Of a DNA stretch of 64,000 nucleotides, positions 58,472-64,000 are shown piece by piece. The notes beneath the pieces were generated by a model, which made no database searches, was not told the DNA's origin, and worked only from the letters and a program-made list of their open reading frames with translations. How positions within the stretch are numbered: the first letter of the stretch is position 1; each line of letters opens with the position of its first letter. This stretch comes from Spirochaetota bacterium (GTDB lineage: Bacteria > Spirochaetota > UBA4802 > JAFGDQ01), in assembly GCA_043803405.1 (NCBI GenBank), contig JAZDKB010000013.1:24658-88657 (forward strand), written 5' to 3'. The position numbers and the translations under genes were made by a program.

Positions 58472-58758
58472 ATCCGGCTGCCGGGCAGCCCGGTAATTCA
58501 GAATTGATCCCGCAACGCTTTGAAAAATTACAGTAAAAAATATAAAATTCTGTTGACTTCCGCCTTCATTATTTCTAGCAATTTAACAACTATTTGAATA
58601 TAAATTATAACAATGAAGACTGTTGACGAAAATATTTTTATTTTTCATTTAACTGAAGTTTAATGTATAATATTTGAAAGATAAATAAGATAATTTTTAC
58701 CGGCTTCCCGAAATCCCTCACTTCTAATATTTTCATCAATACGTTCCGGAGTATAACA

Positions 58759-59832
58759 GTGAACCTTGAAGAATTAAGGCAAAAAATAGATAATATTGAT
58801 AAAAACCTGATAGAGTTTATCAATGAACGCACAAAGATTGCTTTGGAAATCGGAAAGATAAAAAGCGAGCAGAACATACCTTTTTATAAGCCGGAAAGAG
58901 AAAGGCTTATCATGGAAAAGCTTCAGCTTTTGAACAAAGGCCCTTTCCCGACAAACGCTCTCAAACTTATCTTTCTTGAAATGATGTCGGCATGCAGGGG
59001 GCTTGAAAAGAATATTGTAGTGGCATACCTTGGCCCCGAAGCCTCGCATTCTCATTCCGCAAGCATCAGCCATTTCGGGAGTTCCGTTCAAAGCATCCCG
59101 CTTACTTCCATAACCGACGTTTTTTACGAGGTAGAAAAGGGGAAGGCGGATTACGGCCTTGTGCCTGTCGAAAATTCTTACGAGGGCCTTGTAACGCACA
59201 CGCTGGATATGTTCATGGAAAGCCCGCTAAAAATATGCTCAGAGACTCTTTATAAAGTAACACATTGCCTTTTAAGCTTACAGGATGATATCGGGAAAAT
59301 AAAAAAAATATATTCGCATCCGCAGATCTTTGCCCAATGCAGGCTCTGGATCGAGAATCATCTTCCCCATGCAGAAAAGATCGAAGCATCCAGCTCTTCA
59401 AAAGCAGCAGAGCTTGTCGAATGGGACAAGTATTCTGCCGCCATCGCAACCGAACATGCCGCCTACCGTTACAATCTTAAAATACTGGAAAACGGCATCG
59501 AAGATATTCCGAAAAATTATACGAGGTTTCTCGTTATCGGCAAAACAGACTGCGACCGCACAGGTACTGATAAAACTTCAATTATGATAGGAATCAGCGA
59601 CAAACCCGGCGCTCTTGTAGGGATACTGCAGCCGTTTGCAAAAAGAAATATAAATCTTACCAAGATTGAATCAAGGCCCACAAAGAAAATGCCCTGGGAT
59701 TACGTTTTTTTTATTGATTGCGAGGGGCATATTACGGATCAGAATATTATTGATGCTCTTAATGAAATTAAACCTTATTCTCTTCAGACAAAGATACTCG
59801 GATCGTATCCAAGAAGTATCATAAAAGAATAA
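58759..59832 (+). CDS. pheA: Chorismate mutase/prephenate dehydratase
   Basis: LRQKID, PVENS.EG, SHPQ, NYTRF, KIESRP. Confidence 0.95.
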   Translation: MNLEELRQKIDNIDKNLIEFINERTKIALEIGKIKSEQNIPFYKPERERLIMEKLQLLNKGPFPTNALKLIFLEMMSACRGLEKNIVVAYLGPEASHSHSASISHFGSSVQSIPLTSITDVFYEVEKGKADYGLVPVENSYEGLVTHTLDMFMESPLKICSETLYKVTHCLLSLQDDIGKIKKIYSHPQIFAQCRLWIENHLPHAEKIEASSSSKAAELVEWDKYSAAIATEHAAYRYNLKILENGIEDIPKNYTRFLVIGKTDCDRTGTDKTSIMIGISDKPGALVGILQPFAKRNINLTKIESRPTKKMPWDYVFFIDCEGHITDQNIIDALNEIKPYSLQTKILGSYPRSIIKE

Positions 59833-59881
59833 TAATTTGAAAGATGACTAAGCAATTATTTTTATATTTTATGAGGAAAAA

Positions 59882-60895
59882 ATGATTATTATATTAAAGC
59901 CCCATGTTTCAGATGAAGAAATAGATCATTTGATTGAAAGAATTGAAAGCCGCGGTTTAAAGACAAATGTCTCAAAGGGTATTGAAAGAACCATTATAGG
60001 CATTATCGGCGATGAACAAATAGTAAAGAGCATGCCTCTGGACGCGATTTCGTGCGTTGAAGAAGTAAAGCCCATATTAAAACCTTTTAAGCGTGTAAGC
60101 AGGGAAATGCATCCGGATAATACCATAATTAAAATAAACGGTTCGGAGATAGGAGGGAAAAAGATCGCAATTATTGCAGGCCCGTGCGCTGTGGAATCAA
60201 AAGAGCAGACTGTAGAAACAGCAGTTAAAGTGAAATACGGCGGAGCAGGTTTTTTCAGAGGCGGCGCTTTTAAGCCCAGAACATCTCCTTATGATTTCCA
60301 GGGGCTAAGGGAAAAAGGGCTGGAAATACTCATACAGGCAAAAAAGGAAACAGGGCTTCCGATATGCACTGAGGTTATGGATACGCGGGATGTTGAGCTT
60401 GTTGCGGACTCCGCAGATATTATCCAGATAGGGGCAAGGAACGTTCAGAACTTTAATCTTTTAAAGGAAGTCGGCAAAACAAGGAAACCGATTCTCCTTA
60501 AAAGGGGCATGATGACCAGGATTACCGAACTTTTGATGTCTGCCGAATACATAATGTCCGAGGGCAATCCCAATGTAATTTTATGCGAAAGGGGGATAAG
60601 GACGTTCGAGGACAGCACGCGCAATACCCTGGATATTTCCGCTATTCCTGTTATTAAGGAATTGAGCCATCTGCCGATTGTTGTTGATCCGAGCCATGCT
60701 TCCGGTTACAGAAGATATGTTTCTGCGCTGGCAAAGGGCGCTGTAGCAGCAGGCGCGGACGGGCTTATAATCGAAGTTCACAGGAATCCCGAAGAAGCGC
60801 TTGTAGACGGCGGGCAGAGCCTTTCTCCGTCTGAATTTGAAAAACTGATGCTTGAATTAAAACCAATCTGCATGGCAATCGGCAGGGAGCTTTGA
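59882..60895 (+). CDS. aroF: DAHP synthase (class I beta, ACT-type N-terminus)
   Basis: IAGPCAVE, RGGAFKPRTSPY, CERGIRTF, DPSH. Confidence 0.95.
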   Translation: MIIILKPHVSDEEIDHLIERIESRGLKTNVSKGIERTIIGIIGDEQIVKSMPLDAISCVEEVKPILKPFKRVSREMHPDNTIIKINGSEIGGKKIAIIAGPCAVESKEQTVETAVKVKYGGAGFFRGGAFKPRTSPYDFQGLREKGLEILIQAKKETGLPICTEVMDTRDVELVADSADIIQIGARNVQNFNLLKEVGKTRKPILLKRGMMTRITELLMSAEYIMSEGNPNVILCERGIRTFEDSTRNTLDISAIPVIKELSHLPIVVDPSHASGYRRYVSALAKGAVAAGADGLIIEVHRNPEEALVDGGQSLSPSEFEKLMLELKPICMAIGREL

Positions 60896-61785
60896 TCACG
60901 GGTCAGCATTTTAATAGAATTGCCATTGTTGGTGTAGGCCTGTTGGGGGGGTCAATAGGGCTTGCTTTAAAAGAGCGTTCTTTTAAGTGCAGGATAACAG
61001 GCATAGGAAGAGATGAAAAGAAACTTGTTAAAGCGCAGTCTTCCGGTATAATTGATGCGTACTCTACTTCCATAGAATCGGAAACGGCTAATGCCGATCT
61101 TGTAGTTATCTGTACTCCGGTATGTTCCATTGCTGAAATTTATAAAAAGATATATCCCTTTCTTCGCAGTGATACGCTTGTAACAGACGTAGGGAGCACA
61201 AAACATAAACTCCTGAAAGATATCTCAAAGATAGAAAAAGGACAAAGCTTTTTTATCGGTTCTCATCCCATGGCTGGTTCCGAGAAAAATGGCCACGAAG
61301 CCGCTTCTGCAAACCTTTTTAACAGATCGATTGTCGCTGTAATCAACGATAAAAACACTTCGCAGGAAAACCTTAAAAAAATAAACGCGTTCTGGGAGTT
61401 CATCGGTGCAATTGTTGTGAACTTGACATCCGCCGAACATGATAAAATCGTGAGCGAGACAAGCCATGTACCGCACCTGATTTCATGTTTAACTGCTTAC
61501 GCGTGCATGAAAAGCAGCAGAAGCAAAGACCTGTTCAACAATATTTACGCGAACGGGCTTCTTGACTTAACGCGCCTGTCGCAGGCAGATCCGTCAATGT
61601 GGATGGATATTTTTTCATCCAACAGGGAAAATATTTTAAATGTTATAAAAAAATATAAAAAGCATTTTGCCCTTATAGAAAAGCTTCTTTCGAATAAGGA
61701 TTATGATAAATTTAATAAACTTCTTCGCGATGTTAAAACCTTCAGGGAAAACCTCTCTTCAAATAAAATAAAAACACAAAAATAA
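60892..61785 (+). CDS. tyrA: Prephenate dehydrogenase
   Basis: GVGLLGGS, TDVGSTK, HPMAGSE, HD..SHVPH. Confidence 0.92.
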   Translation: MITGQHFNRIAIVGVGLLGGSIGLALKERSFKCRITGIGRDEKKLVKAQSSGIIDAYSTSIESETANADLVVICTPVCSIAEIYKKIYPFLRSDTLVTDVGSTKHKLLKDISKIEKGQSFFIGSHPMAGSEKNGHEAASANLFNRSIVAVINDKNTSQENLKKINAFWEFIGAIVVNLTSAEHDKIVSETSHVPHLISCLTAYACMKSSRSKDLFNNIYANGLLDLTRLSQADPSMWMDIFSSNRENILNVIKKYKKHFALIEKLLSNKDYDKFNKLLRDVKTFRENLSSNKIKTQK

Positions 61786-61880
61786 CATAAAAAATACTTG
61801 CAATATTGCGTATTAGTTTTTTTATTTCAAATTTTACAGTTAAGGTTTAATAAAATCACTGATATATTTCCGGAGCAATT

Positions 61881-63401
61881 ATGCTGGCAAAAGCAATATC
61901 TCTTGATGTGCACGGCATTGAGGCGCACATTGTTGAAATAGAAGTGGATATTATCAAAGGGCTCCCGAATTTTACAATTGTCGGGCTGCCGGATTCTACA
62001 ATTAAGGAATCCAGGGAAAGAATACGGTCAGCAGTAGAAAATTCCGGCATGGAATTCGCTCCAAAGAACTTTGTTGTAAATCTCGCTCCCGCGGGCTTTA
62101 AAAAGCAGGGCGCAAATTTCGATCTGCCTATTGCAATAGCAATACTGAATGCAACCGGCCAGGCAAGCGTTGATTTAAGTTCAGTCGCCATAGTCGGGGA
62201 ATTGTCCCTGGACGGCAAAGTGCGGCCTGTAAAAGGCACAATTTCAATGGCAATCTCCCTTTACAGGTTGAATTATAAAAAGATGATAGTGCCTTTTGAA
62301 AACAGGTACGAAGCGTCCGCAATAGACGAAGTTGAAATATATCCTGTTAAAAATATAATGGAAGCATTGTCCGCGTGCCGCGGGGAAATGGAAGCCTTCA
62401 AAGAAAAGAAAGATCAGAATATTAGTTATGAACTTAAATATGATTTTAAAGATGTAAAAGGCCAGGAAACGGCAAAAAGGGCAATAGAAATTGCAGCTGC
62501 AGGCAGCCATAATATTTTAATGTACGGGCCACCTGGTTCCGGCAAAACCATGCTGGCAAAACGCATCCCGTCCATTTTGCCCCCGCTGTCCAAAGAGCAG
62601 TCCATTGCCACTACGATGATCCATTCTGTCGGCGGCGCTTTAAAGAGCAATGAAGGCCTTGTTGCCAGCCCGCCCTTCCGCTCTCCCCATCACACTAGCT
62701 CGGACGCTGCGCTTGTAGGCGGTGGAAAGATCCCGTCCGTCGGTGAAATATCGCTCGCGCACAACGGCATCCTGTTCCTCGACGAATTCGTAGAGTTCAA
62801 GAACGATGTGCTGCAGGCGCTGCGACAGCCGCTCGAAGACTGCGAAATAACTGTTGCGCGCGCCAGCGGCAGCTTTAAGTTCCCTGCGGATTTTATGCTT
62901 GTAGCTTCCAGCAATCCGTGCCAGTGCGGTTATTTTTTCGATCCGGAGATAGCGTGCAAATGCTCTCCTGCGAAGGTTCGCAATTACTTTCAGAAAATAG
63001 CCGGCCCTATTCTCGACAGAATAGACATAGAAGTGCTGGTAGGCAGGGTGGAATACCGCGACCTGATGAACAGAGGCAAGGGCAGTGAAGAATCTTCGGA
63101 ATCCATCAGGGAAAGAGTTCTTAAGGCAAGGGAAATCCAGGACAAGCGTTTTAACGACAAGGGTATATTCAATTCCAGGATGAGCAATGCGGATATAAAA
63201 AAGCACTGTAAAATAGACTCTGAAACAGAAGGGTTGTTTGAAATGGCTGCAAAGAAAATGAATCTTTCTGCAAGGTCTTTCTTTAAAATACTGAAAGTGA
63301 GCAGGACAATAGCGGATCTCGAAGCTGCGGAATCCATTAAAAAAAGCCATCTTTTGGAAGCATTATCATACAAAAATCTTCAAAGAAACTACGAATTATA
63401 A
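61881..63401 (+). CDS. comM: YifB/ComM Mg-chelatase-like ATPase
   Basis: VGLPD, GPPGSGKT, FRSPHH, GEISLAHNG, NPCQCG, LDRID. Confidence 0.93.
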   Translation: MLAKAISLDVHGIEAHIVEIEVDIIKGLPNFTIVGLPDSTIKESRERIRSAVENSGMEFAPKNFVVNLAPAGFKKQGANFDLPIAIAILNATGQASVDLSSVAIVGELSLDGKVRPVKGTISMAISLYRLNYKKMIVPFENRYEASAIDEVEIYPVKNIMEALSACRGEMEAFKEKKDQNISYELKYDFKDVKGQETAKRAIEIAAAGSHNILMYGPPGSGKTMLAKRIPSILPPLSKEQSIATTMIHSVGGALKSNEGLVASPPFRSPHHTSSDAALVGGGKIPSVGEISLAHNGILFLDEFVEFKNDVLQALRQPLEDCEITVARASGSFKFPADFMLVASSNPCQCGYFFDPEIACKCSPAKVRNYFQKIAGPILDRIDIEVLVGRVEYRDLMNRGKGSEESSESIRERVLKAREIQDKRFNDKGIFNSRMSNADIKKHCKIDSETEGLFEMAAKKMNLSARSFFKILKVSRTIADLEAAESIKKSHLLEALSYKNLQRNYEL

Positions 63402-63817
63402 CCGGCATATCCTAATAATTAATTTCTAATAGAAATAAAAATAATTTATTAAAAATTAAAAATACAGATGTTTTTTTTAGTATAAATTAACAATTTGATC
63501 GGCAAAAAGCAGCAGTATATTTTAGACAACAAAAGATATAAAAAATTGTTGTTGATTCGTGAAATTATGTTGACTTCCACTACCTTTATTTTAGCAAGGA
63601 TGTGATTAATTATTTTTGTAAAATTATATTCTGGAATCCAAAATAATATCCGGAATTTTTAATTGCCTCATATCCCGGATTTTTTTATTAAGATTATTAG
63701 AATTTTTGTAATTGTTTAATGACGCTTTTGCAGAGAATGCGAATGCATGGGGGAATATTCGAGAGCGGTCGTTCGATCTCTCAAGAAATAAAAAAATAAT
63801 ACTTAGGAGAAATAGTT

Positions 63818-64000
63818 ATGTCAGCTGCTGAAGTTTTTGGTATGCTTTCCACTATCTTTACCACTTCAGGTTTAATGAATATAACCTGGCAACTGGTAAT
63901 TATGTGGATAATCGGCCTTACATTTATTTACCTGGCCATAGGGAAAAATTTCGAACCTCTTTTGCTTTTACCGATAGGATTCGGGATATTTCTTGTTAAT
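63818..64000 (+). CDS. oadB: Na+-translocating decarboxylase beta subunit, N-terminal part, runs off window edge
   Basis: Read manually: YLAIGKNFEPLLLLPIGFG; AGGAG RBS. Confidence 0.88.
   Translation, partial: MSAAEVFGMLSTIFTTSGLMNITWQLVIMWIIGLTFIYLAIGKNFEPLLLLPIGFGIFLVN

Noticed and set aside
63740..63790. Na+ riboswitch upstream of oadB
   Set aside because: Only a short GAGA...TCTC hairpin; cannot match the consensus by eye, needs cmscan
1..64000. CRISPR arrays, rRNA, integrase/transposase, defence systems
   Set aside because: No regularly spaced repeats or recognisable signature proteins seen

Overview
AT-rich bacterial chromosome segment, probably from an anaerobic or microaerotolerant Spirochaetota member (inferred from gene style only). 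The left ~34 kb is an accessory metal/Fe-S island. It holds an 'orange-protein' (Orp)-like system: 4 NifB/NifX proteins, DUF134, a Cys-PAS sigma-54 activator, paired 4Fe-4S MinD-like ATPases, Mrp/NBP35 and DUF5320. It also holds two convergent metal-uptake systems, one preceded by a CxxC/HAPP putative arrest-peptide leader, plus two Fur-family regulators with visible operators, 3 NifU-like proteins, CooT, a ferredoxin missed by the ORF track, a CCG/FAD oxidoreductase operon, and decayed selenium-utilisation (Sec-type selD, yedE, tusA-like, DUF3343) and radical-SAM genes. An exact 87-bp direct repeat brackets part of the decayed zone. The right ~30 kb is mostly housekeeping: pth, a PurH-like gene, plsC, an Hdr-like gene, a Re-citrate-synthase-like gene, ruvAC, yebC, a catalytically degenerate second Pth, rplY, tRNA-Gln, ispE, cydAB, pheA-aroF-tyrA, comM and partial oadB. 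No CRISPR array, rRNA or transposase was seen. All family calls come from motif recognition by eye, not from database searches.
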